From: Diploschistes diacapsis
Lineage: Eukaryota
Assembly: GCA_023645945.1 (NCBI GenBank)
Contig: JALAIB010000012.1
Span: forward strand, 1 to 51,521
Length of the DNA: 51,521 nucleotides
Reading direction: 5' to 3'
Part shown: positions 11,720 through 22,977 of the stretch, in pieces
How positions within the stretch are numbered: the first letter of the stretch is position 1
How the letters are laid out: the number at the start of each line of letters is the position of its first letter
Position numbers and translations under genes: made by a program
The notes under the pieces: generated by a model
Told to the model about the DNA's origin: nothing
Database searches by the model: none
The model's input: only the letters and a program-made list of their open reading frames with translations

Positions 11720-12750
11720 CTCTATATTTGTAATTTACCCTCGTTCCTTTGTCCCGCTTTTAGATCAGAAATAAAATCTTTTCCTATCCTTATACTCGCG
11801 TTTGAACGTAATGCGCCGCCCGTAAGCTTGATTCGTTTGTCTCTGTTAAAGGTTAGTCTATTACTGCTGGCCGGTCTGACTCCAGTGCTCGTCTGTTTCC
11901 CGGTCTTGACGCAGGTTTCTCCGGCTCTACAGATACATTTAGGAACTCTAAAACCCATATAGAGGATATTAACCTTTTATGTCCCCGGGTTTGTCTCGGC
12001 TTCTGGCCATGTTTTGCGCTCGTCCGTACTACGCGAATTTAAGTTAAGACTTTAGCATTAAGATCTCTCTCTGTTGCCCTTTTTGAGAAAGTGAACATGA
12101 TATTGCCTGAAAGCGATCGAGCTAAACCGGCGCGGCCCCGAGCCATAACTAGGCCGATAATGAGCAGAGAAACCGGCTTTGACAGGCTGGTTTATCCGGG
12201 GAGTAGGTAGAGGAGCTGGCGCGGGAACAGGAGAATCAGAGGCAGCGACAGCCGCAGATCCATGTCGAGCCGTTCCAGGAGACAAGCCGGGTGAGCCGCG
12301 GAGAGAGTGAGCTATTTTTGTACTGCCTAGGACTTTAGCTATCTTTTTTAAGCTTTTAGCTTGACCCGCTAGGTATCATTAGTAACCTGAGACTCCCACA
12401 GCTACAGCCTCTTGAATCGGACGTGGTTCTAGGGCTATAAATTATATTAGTTATCATCCTTAGATTGAAGTGGGCCTATTGGCCCTATAAGTATTCTCAC
12501 GGGCCTGGTACCGTTTCCAGTCCGCTTCCTAGGTGCCAAACTATCTAAAGTCTTTTAAACAAAGGCCACATTTCGGTCTTAAGCCGTCTTGGACTCGAGC
12601 ATGAGCTCTCGGAGCATCGGCGTGAACAGTCCGGGTACCTATCAAGCATGCGCTCTCATTTGGCCTCAACGAGAATGGCCTTGCTCGGTCTAAAACGGGC
12701 CTTCGTCGCAGACACGTCGCAGGTCTTATAGTCTTGTTCAGTATATTTGC
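11720..12750 (-). mobile_element. RIP-like degenerate retrotransposon gag-like relic
   Basis: Minus frames read KDFR*FGT*EADWKRYQARENTYRAN..LII*FIALEPRPIQEAV (retrotransposon-gag-like spacing), followed by a Pro/Ala-rich stretch and a Gln-rich frame whose stops are nearly all TAA/TAG (SQTGQQ**TNL*QRQTNQ). The sequence is TpA-rich. Confidence 0.4.
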
Positions 12751-13333
12751 CATTTAGGCCAGTAATTGCTCCCATAGTTACGCATCAAGCCCAGGGCTTT
12801 TATGTGAGGTTGTCGGAGCAGTGCTACTGCTCCACACAAGGCTCGTAAGTGTGAGAAACAGATGTTTTTCGCATGCCCAGCCGCGGTAAACCCATTGTAA
12901 AAGAGAAATACTTCTGTTGACATTAAGTGTCAATCAAAATGAACTCATGATAGCGGTCAATCTTTCCATCACACTTCGTGATCTGCTTATCAAATTGCGG
13001 CAGCAACTCTCAATATCGCCTTTGGTGGATCTTCCCACATGAGATCACAGATAAGTGGCGCTAGAAAACACTTTCAATAGCCACAACATAGCAGTATAAC
13101 GCAACGGGCTAGATAGAGGTGCTATTGGAACCTGAAATTTTGAAAATTAATTTCTCAGCTTCTCGCATCTAAACAGAAGAGGGCAGAGGTTTGTTGTCGG
13201 CCTAAGGATTATCAAGAGGCTCGATGGCTAGGGATATTGAGCTTTGTCTGAATGTTTGGGTTAGGGACCCAGCTCCTGCCCACTCTTCTTCGTAGTCTCT
13301 CTCTGTAATGCCAGCTGTTTGAGGCTGAAGCCA

Positions 13334-15685
13334 TTAGTCGTTCTCTTGTCGATATTCGATAGTAGTGAATTGAGTTTCGGTGTCTTCCATAGGCGTGGCT
13401 AGCCAAACACTGGCACTTCCTGAGGGAACGACTTCATAGCTGCTGGACTCTCCGATCAAACGTTGATAGTAAGAGTTCACATTTGAAACCCCCCGCAATG
13501 AGGTACAGTCGTCCTGATTTGCGATATCTCGAGAGAGCTTGACAAGCCACGAGAGCTGTAAGTTGATCAGTGCCTGTAAAAGGTCTCTGAAACAGAGATA
13601 TCGATGCTTATGACACCACAACATCCTATTAGCCTCTCTTCTAGCATAATCTTCAGTGTTTACAAGTAGCCGCTTATACTCATCGGTATTTTGGAAGGCC
13701 TCATGATAGTGGGACAGTAAGCGTGAAAGAGATTTGAAGCATCTGAGCTTACAGTCCCGCTCCTAATTCCGCCACCAGAAGCTGGATGTGTGATTTAAAT
13801 CGTGCATATACGTAAAGTATCCTGTTATCGTAGCTAATAATATATACTTGAAGTTCTCAAGATCTCTTCCACTTTCGCAGTGTAAAGTGCCTCACCCCTC
13901 TTAGAAAAGATATGACACGCTCTTGTAAGCTTTTGCACAACAAGCTTGAATAGCAATTCTCTTTGGTCCATGTGTACCGTTTGCAGTCCCTAAGCTATCT
14001 ATGTGGTCAGAGGCTTGAGAGTTTCACTGTCCTCTGCTGGCGTTCCTGTTACCGGAGCGAAGAAGCACTCTTTTATCCACAAGCCTATGTGTAACTTCAA
14101 AAATAAGACATGAAAGTTTGCATATTAACCAAGTGTTCCATTCGATATCCAGATTATGGACGATGGAGATGGAGATGGAACACGTTTCTCAGAATCTTTT
14201 TTCAAACCTCACAATATTCTGTAAGTCGGTACTTCTTTATATCACATCAGGTCATTTAATCGTAGATTCGTGGGTTCCTCGCGATCCTTGATCTGGTAGC
14301 GGTTTCCTCGATTATCCTGCCGGAGACAGTCTTGTTTTCTTAAAGTGCCACTGTATTGATTCCTTGAGAGTTGGTGGCCCAGATATGGTAGTTTACTATA
14401 GTGGGCTTGGAATTACCAGACCGAGACTGTCCATAAGTAATAGCGCCGTCAGCGGAGAACCTAGTACCTCTTCCCTTTCGAGCAAACCCATAACAAGGCT
14501 TGCAGTAACCAAGGTTCTAACGTTCTTGAAGCGCCTATAAATTTTGAAAGCTCTGCAACCGAAGGTACAAAGTGCATTCGCCATGGGCTTACCATATTCA
14601 CAGGCAGTCAATATATATACGGATGCGTGAGAATACATAGGAGCAAAATAATCATGCCATGGACCTGCAAAAGACGTGAAGTGTCTGTACACCAACGTTG
14701 TCAGGTTGTCCGAAAGAAAGATTAGGGGAAATTTGGAAAGTGTGAGGCTTATGTAGTGCACACGCGCGGAGCAGATATTGAATTCTGGCTTCTCGATGTG
14801 AATATGCCTTTACCCGCTTGCCGCCCATGGTGAATGTTTTGCGCTGTACATTAGTAGCCAGGTGAATCCAATGTTCTTGTCAGTTCTCGACTAGAAGTCT
14901 GGTGTAACGCGAATCGCGGTTTTGACTACTTTATACGTTGAGCGAATACTTCGAGTAGATTGGTATCGGAATGCTTATTCGAGCTTCATCTGTAGCGAGC
15001 TCGGGAAGACCAAGCAGGTTTGATAGTAAGCGAGATAAAAAAGCAGCAGATCAGAACTAAAAGTAGATGGTGCCTTTGCTAAGGTTTGGGGTTGAAGGAT
15101 TAACATGTTTTCAGATGATCGTATTTGTAACAAACTGCAATGCCGGCCTACACCTTGGTCAATTCAAGGTAGCGAGAATCCTGGCCCAACAGCAATTGTA
15201 TTGATAGTTGTAGGGTCCAATAAACAAGCGATTCTGAGAAGACCAATCTGATAGATATTCGGTGAGATTGCCATTGCTTGGATAAGGTGAGATAGCAGGT
15301 TTTGAAAAGATAAATAGAAACTGTGAATATCTATGGTAGAACTTGCCTGTATTACGGAAGGGTTGACTCCGCGGATTCTAAGCATCCTCAAGTCTTGGGC
15401 CAGAATATTGTAAGAAAACGGACGTCTTATCAACATCTCCAAAGCGAAGTATTTCTATGCATCGCAGAGGAGCTGAGGAACAGATCATCACAAAGCTGGG
15501 ATGTGTAACAAAGAACACCACCTACTGCTCCTCCACAGACAAAAGGCACTGCCATTGCCATTGATGAGTGTTTCGTAGCCTTGATCTTCTAGCGTAATGT
15601 GTAAATTGCCATGAATGAACTGCAGCGTTCGAAGCTTCCTGTGCTTCTTTTCCCACGCAGTAAGGGTCTCCACTGTGCTCATCAT
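13334..15685 (-). pseudogene. Long decayed gene, faintly ankyrin/helical-repeat-like
   Basis: ORFs 15488-15685, 15164-15442 and 14396-14761 (and 13334-13624) share one reading frame, interrupted by scattered stops. Words such as LRMLRIRGVNPS and DKNIGFTWLLMYSAKH weakly resemble ankyrin repeats. Confidence 0.5.
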
Positions 15686-15935
15686 TTATATCTACGGCTT
15701 CGTCTGTAGCCTCGTACCTCGCTACTGCTTTAAGTGCGGCTACAAGATATGCAGTTTTGTTCGCGATGCCACTTGCGCTGCATCTTTCCTCCTAGAGGGA
15801 ACAGTCCCCCCATAGCATTTTGTTGCGACAATATAACCCAGCAGCGACTTGACGGTATAGTTTTCGAAGTCCCTGTCCCCATGACTTAAGTTGTCATTGA
15901 AAAGGTCTATCTCACAGGGGACTGACGCTAATCAG

Positions 15936-16279
15936 GTTCCTTTCAATCCCAACAGCGGGGTGAGCAAGAATTGGAGCTGCTCGAGGGAGAGATCGATAAA
16001 GGTTTGTGGCGGCAAGCCGATCAAACGAAAATGGTTCGGAAACCACTCAATCCGAATAAGATACGGTTCTCACAGGGCTCTAAAAAGCCTGGAGCTAAGG
16101 AGATAAGCGAGTGACTGCCAGCACGCAAGGGGTTCCTGGAGAGAATCAGATCTATAGCACAGCGTATTGAAACTGCGTTGCTCTACAAAGATCCCCATGT
16201 TGAGCAAGTCATATATGGATATGGAACTCAGATCGCAGCATCCAAGTAGATCAAGATCGATGTGGCATTGGGAGATTGA
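15936..16279 (+). pseudogene. Plus-strand exon relic of unknown protein
   Basis: After a branch/acceptor (ACTGAC..GCTAATCAG, 15921-15935) the frame reads SFQSQQRGEQELELLEGEIDKGLWRQ...EISE*LPARKGFLERIRSIAQRIETALLYKDPHVEQVIYGYGTQIAASK*IKIDVALGD*. Confidence 0.35.
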
Positions 16280-16350
16280 TATCATCTATTGGGTCTCCGG
16301 GTCTATCCAAACAACACGTAGGTGATATCCAAAAATTGATTGGCCCGTGC

Positions 16351-18146
16351 TTAGGAAATGGTTATGGATGGATCGTTTTCCGTAAAGACTTTGTATAGAC
16401 GCTTGCTTGCCGCTGGCCCGATCCTTGAATCCTCATTACCTGAAGTCGAGAGTTTCTGTATGGGTGTCAGCATCATATTCGGTTATCAATCGAGTGTTTT
16501 GATTGGACTTGCAGGTACATTCTCAAGCACTAGCGGACCATGCTGCTTGAAGGCTCCAACTAGGCTCACGATGTTCGGATATCGCGAAGCAATCCCGTGA
16601 GCCTCCTTATCCGTGATACGGGTGAGCTGCTTCAGTATTTTCAAGTAGGTGTCCTCATTGTTTTTTCCTGAATGCACCTGGCCCGTCTCCATGCAGAAGG
16701 ATGCATCACCCTCATATACTCTGTGAAGGATTAGAAGTTTGTAGCAATCTGGGTTGTGACCGCTCACCCATGTCGAATCAGAGAGATCTGCTGTGTGAAA
16801 CCCAGTATATATTCTGCCGTTTCGGTTGGATTCAGCGTTTGCTGCACCTTGCACCTATGCGTGACTTGTAGTTCGAGCAGTGCATCTTCCACCGCCTCTT
16901 CGTCTACCTGAACTTCCGTTTTTTTCCGTCGTCTTGACTGAGTTTGTTGCTGCTGGGCTTGATCCTCCATTCGACGGACTGCAGCTTGGTAGGCTCTGTT
17001 CTGAGCGCTCCTACTTCGCCTTATCCACGCTTCTAGGCCTTCGATCAAATAGATTACTTGACACTTCGGATACAGGGTTTTGGTCCTGTTAAAGTGCATT
17101 TCAATATTCTCGTCCTCCTCGTCTGCGCCAGACACCAGGTTGCAAAACTGTTCCCCTGACAAAAGGCACATAGCAAAATTGTTCTCATCGACTCTGGCGG
17201 CACGAACCCAGTGACTAAGCTCTTCGTCAAAGTCTCTCGATACCCTCTGTTTCCACTTCACGAGACCCGGAATCGAACTTTCGAATACTTTGACCTCCGC
17301 GTTGGCCCTAGCCAGTAGCTCTCGGACCTGATTATTGATGCTTTTGCCCTCGATCGATTTGGGTAAGTACACGATCATTTCCGGGGTTGTGATCTTCTTG
17401 TCAACCTTTGATTTGTTGACTTCAGCTAGATCGGCGGCTTTTTTTTTCTCCTGCACCCTCAGCTCCTTTTCTTGTTTCCTGTTCTCTTTCTCAGCTTCCC
17501 TCGCGATCCTTCTCTTTTCTTTTTCAGCTTCTTTGGCCCTTATCCTCTCCTGCTTTGCGCCATCTTTTTCTGTTGCTCGCAATTCTCGTTCTGCGCTTGT
17601 CAGACGTTGCCTTTTCTTCGCTGTAGCAGAGCTAGACTGTTCGACCGAGTTATGGCGATTGCCATCAATGTCTTTTGCTGACAGCTTACGCTTTGGGGAA
17701 ACCCTGCCCGTCGAAGCTCGTTTAGAAGACACTTGAGTGGTTATTTCCGCAAGTATTGCAGCAGTCCGTGTCGAGAAACTGGCGCAGTTTCGCACCAAAG
17801 TCCCAGGTTCAGGTAAGTTGTCCTCGGATTCCTCTGGGTCGCTATTAGGGAACTTGAAGGCAGATTTAGAGAGTCTTCTCTTCCTGACGTGGTTGCGATC
17901 GGTTTCTCTTGGAGAAGAAGTGAAGATAATTGGATCTATCGATCGATCCTTTGTCGCTGCCGGTCCATAGCCCTTACTGCAGTAACCTCCGTTCGTTGTA
18001 GGCTTCGATTGCGCAGGCTGATGCGCGTGAGTTGTGCCTCTAGCAGACAACGTAAAAGAGCCTCCGAGTGAAGGAGAGTCTCGTTCTTCAGCGTCAGAGC
18101 TGCACAAATCCACTACCTCGCGCAATTTCCCACCTCTTTCAGCCAT
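16351..18146 (-). CDS. EME1: Crossover junction endonuclease EME1/MMS4 (ERCC4-like domain), 3 exons
   Basis: Charged coiled coil, then VNKSKVDKKITTPEMIV, VIYLIEGL, VEDALLELQV, SFCMETGQV, YLKILKQL and C-terminal RIGPAASKRLYKVF. Introns near 16767-16721 and ~16513-16456; stop at 16351. Confidence 0.92.
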
Positions 18147-18367
18147 CTTGCAGTCTGCGTTGGTTATTGAAGGGGTTAGGATCTATTGTGTTCCCTTACG
18201 CCAGGAGAACCTGTCTGCATGATGCGATCTCCTCCTACGCTTCATGGTTGTATTGTCCAGAGCGGGCTGCATCGTGCCACAATTGACTATGCGGCAGTGA
18301 CCTCGAAGTTTGCGACCCATGCCACACCTTCATTATTGAAAGTCAAAGTCAATAACGTAAGCGAGCC

Positions 18368-18391
18368 ACGCGGAATACGCGATGCGACGCG
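18368..18391. promoter_or_regulatory. Cluster of three ACGCG (MCB-like) elements upstream of EME1
   Basis: ACGCG at 18368, 18377 and 18387, about 220-245 bp upstream of the EME1 ATG. MCB-like boxes are typical of fungal DNA replication/repair promoters. Confidence 0.5.
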
Positions 18392-18689
18392 CCATCCCGA
18401 AGCGGAAAGCCGTTAAAGGGGCCGCCGAAGATCAACTCTTGAGAATTTTTCCCAACCACCAGAGCCGATAGCCTCGGAACTTTACTCATGTTGAGTCTGA
18501 GCTTCGCTGATCTTCATGGCCAAGGCTTAAAAAACAAGCTGAGATAAGTTTTATAACGCCAGAAGCCGATTGAAGACATGGTGGCTGCTTTCAGAAGCCC
18601 CTTGCCGCACTTACACGAGTCACCAGTCTCTTACCACCTCGACGAACAATACAGGAACTCACAGAGGCGTCGAACTGATATTCAACTGT

Positions 18690-19813
18690 AAGCGCTTCGA
18701 AAGACGGCTGGACGCATGGCTACTTAGGAGTAATGGCTCCCAGCGAAGAAAAGAGTTGAAAATCTGTACAACGGGCAGCCCTGGAAATGTTGCCCATGCA
18801 CTGTAGATAGGGTTTAGGTTTTCTATTTACCCCATATACTCTGTTGAATATCTTCTCCATTACGGAGTAGACGGCCAAGGCTGGACGCCCACCATTCTGG
18901 CTACTCGACGAGCCTTTTCATGATTGCAAGTACGGTAGGCAACAGCCCGATGCAGCCCTGAACGTAATGCAAGGAACTTGGAGTGCGTGTCACCAAAAGG
19001 GCGCTGGGCGTCCAGATCGTGAGCATGTGCCTTTCAGGAGGCCCTCAAAGCAGGTTAAGATCTCGGACCATGCCCACCCCAGGGGAACAATCCGGGAACT
19101 CGCTCTCATCATGGTACATGGATACGGTTGAGAATCCCACGAGCTATGCCCGGCCCAACCTTACGAGTTCAGTAATATAGAGTAATCTATTACTGCGGTC
19201 CCAGATATTTCTGTGACGGATGTGGAGTACTTCGGCAACCCGTGTGACCGGTCCTACAAATGGTGCCAGGCCGCGGACATGAGCAATCCTAAAATGCTGC
19301 TATACTAGGCAGTGAGCCATCCATCCGCGGTTATGTGAGGCGGTAGTCAATCAAGAATATCGACAAAATCCCCAGTTCCACCGTCATGCAACTTCTCCGC
19401 TCCACCCGTCGCTGACATGACTCCATAAAAATCGGCACGAATGACGCAGCAACACCAACAAAACCAAAGTCACGCGCGGGCGGCCCACTTCATCGCTGCC
19501 TATAACGGCCTTATCAAGCAGGTACAGACAACCTGACACAACACGCAGAGCCATCATCCTCTCGCTCCGAAGCCTACTGATAACGGACAGCAGAGCTCAG
19601 GCTTCTACGACGAGATCCAAGGCCTTGTCTCACACTTCACTAACAACGGTGGCGGCGGTTCGTTTGACTAGGAGGATGGGCAGGGCTTCGTACAATATTC
19701 CAGCACGACTGGCATTAGGCAGCGCAATAACAGCGACCCGGCATACCATCCTAAGGATATTTAGCACATTAAGGGTGAGAGCCATGGCATGCGGCAGACT
19801 TTAAGGGATTTAG
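18690..19813 (+). pseudogene. SGNH/GDSL hydrolase (CE2-like acetyl esterase) pseudogene
   Basis: Collinear but frameshifted blocks: YGVDGQGW, GVQIVS, GNSLSS (block I, ~19094), E*SITAVPDISVTDVEYFGNPCDRSYKW, IKIGTND (block III, 19425-19445), FIAAYNGLIKQV, GFVQYSSTTGI and DPAYHPKDI*HIK (block V, 19735 onward). Several stops and indels. Confidence 0.8.
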
Positions 19814-20276
19814 CGTATGTATGGAGATTAATATCATTGTTTCTCCATTTTCCTGTATGTATACCTGCAGCTACCGAGCCCAACAAGTACAACTGGCTCA
19901 ATTCGCTATTGCCCCCATCCTTCTCATGATGACCCCTATCTTTGTCGCTCCCTAAAGGCGGGGATCAGGTATGGATAGAACACTTATCAGCATTCCCAGC
20001 TGTAAGCGGGCTTGCTTGGCCCTCGGCTTAACGCAGCCTCACAGCTTCCATCCAAGATACGAAGACATGGATGAAATCTCGTAAATTCATGCTAGTAGGT
20101 ATTGAATTTTGGGCATGCTTCCAGGCATACTCATTCTACTATTCCCGAGCTATCTGGTCGATCTATAACTTTGCCAGAACTCCTTTGTCGCTTGATGTGC
20201 TAGAAGGAGTAATGGACAGATAGGGTGTTTTCGGTGTTTAAGTGACCGTAGTACCAACCACATGGCACGAGCATTC

Positions 20277-21820
20277 CTAGAAGATTGTTCTTGGATTCCA
20301 TCCAACAGCGAAGCCCCTGGCCAAGGTGTAGCAACACAGCGCACCAACATAGGAGACACCCGCGAATATGATGAGGCCATAATAGGCGCCATTCGTTGTG
20401 CTCAAAAGCTTGCCGCCAATAGGAACGCTTGATAGTGTCCTGAAAGTCGAATTAATACGCAATAGAATGTTAGTAGATCAGCAAGTGTGCTTACCCAAAA
20501 CTAACCAGAGTGAAAGCAGCAGCAAAATCGCGCCCATAGTGCTCAGCGCGACAGAGCTGCGAGAGGCACACAGGTATAAGGCCCAAGTTGCTACCACTCA
20601 CGAAACCAAAAGTGACCGCAAAGACAATGACAAGCGCCTCAGAGTTGCCCGTTGGAAGCCAAAGCCCGAGGACCGCAATAGCACAGAATGCTATTGTCAC
20701 GATAATCACATTGAATCTTCCATATTTATCTGCAAGAATCCCTGGCGCCCATCGACCGAAGAAACTACCCGCATTGAGCAATGCGTTAATCGTAAAACCG
20801 AAGGATACGTCTTGGCCATGCTCCGTGACGTATGAGCTCAGGTAGGCTAGTGCTACGAACAAGCCCCATTCCATGAGGAAAATGCCAAAGGTGCAGAACG
20901 CGAAGCTGGTATTTTTGAAAGCAGTCAAATCAGGAAAAACGCGGAACGACTCCTTGGAAGGCGGGAGTCTGGCCGTGATGAAGAGATTCGCCGGTATCGC
21001 AAAAACGAGCAGGAGAAAGCCAAGGATTCGGACAGACCACCCATAATCGATACGTGGGAGAAGTCCTTGCAACAGGAATGGGATGACGATACCGCCAATT
21101 GATCCAGCCGTGGTGGCAATCCCCGTTGCTACGCCACGGCGCCGCTTGAAGAAGTGACCAATGGCGGCGTATGCGGGAGTGTAGAGAAGTGCGCCACCGA
21201 TACCGCCTAATATGGAGTAATCGAGGAGGAAATGCCAGTACTCTGACAAAACATTACCGTTATGCCGGATAAAAATTCAGCCTGCTAGACCTACCAGTAC
21301 ATAGACTCAGCAGCATTATCGACAAAATCAAGCAGAAGCTGCCTAAAGCAACAAGCTGCCGTGACCCATGTGCATCGAAGACTCCCCCAATATAGATTCC
21401 GCAGAAGAAGACCATGAATAGGTTCAAACTGAAGATCCAGGCGACCTGCTCCGGTGGGTTCTCGCGTAGCTGATTCGATATGAGATAGGCCTGAAGCGAG
21501 CCAGTTGAGTTGATTATTCCAAACATCATGAACATGGCAGAGAATGAGCCAAAGACCACCAGCCAAGCTTGAACCCCACCTTCAGGGAAATAATCATCAT
21601 CGTCTTCGGGAGGAGTCTGTGAGGTTGGCTTGTTTTCTTCAGCGCCATCTCCAGTCTTGCTAATTGAGGTCCCTTCGGCGTCTGTCGCATTCTTCTCATC
21701 TATTGTTCCTATGTTATCGAAACGACCTTCTCCGCTTCCTGCGGGGATCGAGGTATTTCCACACACATCTTGGGTTTTTAGGCAGGTGTCCTCTGCATTC
21801 TTAGCCACTGTCGCGGTCAT
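20277..21820 (-). CDS. MFS monocarboxylate-transporter family protein (MCH5/riboflavin-transporter-like), 3 exons
   Basis: FPEGGVQAWLVVFGSF, GGVFDAHGSR, IGHFFKRRRGVATG, GRWAPGILADKYGRFN; about 12 hydrophobic segments. First ATG at 21820; GT-AG introns near 21294-21243 and 20494-20438. Confidence 0.92.
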
Positions 21821-22188
21821 ATACTCGCTCTTGGGCACGAATGGATGGATAGGGCACTAACACAAGATATCCCTAATAGAGATAGGGAAGACAAGAACTT
21901 CAACGAATTTGATACTGACTAAGCATTTCCGCTGAACTAAACCCAATTCTCCCTAGCCTTCCGTGCTCTCAGCTACGGAATGACGCAGCTAGCACATGGC
22001 CAGCCCCTTTGAAGAATCACAGACCCCTGTGTTCAAAAGCGGCTCCTCTTGCTGTCCGCTAAAACAACAATGGCCTTCTAAATGATCACTTCGTCGAGTC
22101 TTTGTGCATAGCCACTCCTTTCCTGTATACTAGCAGTACTTTTCTTGTATATTCCTTTCCTGTTCTCGAGTCATCGCTAAAGGCCATC

Positions 22189-22887
22189 ATGCCTGGCAGC
22201 ATTCACATTCTCTATCTGCTTGCCCTAGCAGCAACAGCGCTGGCTGCGCGAGGCGGCCGCTTCGGGCAGAAGCCACCTGAACTCACCGTAGAGACAGATT
22301 GGGCTCTGAAGCATTTATCAGGTACATCTCTCTCCTCTACTCCACCTTCTCTCCCCTATTACCCTGTCCTTCACTAACGCCTTTCAACAACAGAGGAGCA
22401 CCACCTCGACAACTTCGACTCCGGTGCCTTCTTCACTCTCCACGACTTCGACTCCTCCGGCGGCTGGACGCCCGAGGAAGTGCGGCGTATGTACGGGCTA
22501 GAAGACGAATCACAACATGGCCTGCCCACGGCGAAGCGCGAGGAAGTCACGCGCGAGGTCTTCAAGCTCTACGACATCGACCACAACGGCGTCATCGAGA
22601 AATCCGAATGGCACCAGAAGGTCGACGCCGAGGGTGTGCGGCTGCCGGATTTCGGACTGGGACCGGGACACCATGGTGACGACGAGTACGAGTACGAGAT
22701 ACACCACTTTGAGAAGTTCCACGGCGCGGACGCGAAGGAGGAGGATCTGACGCACTCGGAGGATATCGCGCACTTTGCGAAGCATGACCGGGAAGATGAG
22801 CAGGCGGAGAGGTTTGAGAGGGCGAATCAGAAGCCGATTGTCGAGGCCAATATTCCGGCTATGTTCAGGAGGCCGAAGGCGGCGTGA
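22189..22887 (+). CDS. SSP120: Secretory pathway EF-hand protein Ssp120, 2 exons
   Basis: Signal peptide MPGSIHILYLLALAATALA; DWALKHLS|EEHHLDNFDSGAFFTLHDFD (intron 22322-22393); EF-hand DIDHNGVIEKSE; LPDFGLGPGHHGDDEYEYEIHHFEKFH. Confidence 0.9.
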
Positions 22888-22977
22888 TGGGTGGCTGGGT
22901 TGGCATAAATGGAGGATCTTTCTATATAGCGTGTTTAGATTTCCTATGCTGAGGTCACGAACAAGCGTAGCGTTCAA

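Larger units (their letters stand above)
64..16350. other. Gene-poor degenerate accessory island (TE and pseudogene graveyard with RIP-like mutations) between core genes
   Basis: No long intact ORF except 9927-11197. Many protein-like frames are broken by TAA/TAG. There are TpA-rich patches (e.g. 8700-9900, 12300-12560) and an abrupt switch to dense conserved genes at EME1. Boundaries are approximate. Confidence 0.75.

Noticed and set aside
64..16350. Calling the island a Starship outright
   Set aside because: No DUF3435 captain motifs or convincing terminal direct repeats could be identified by eye; kept only as a hypothesis.
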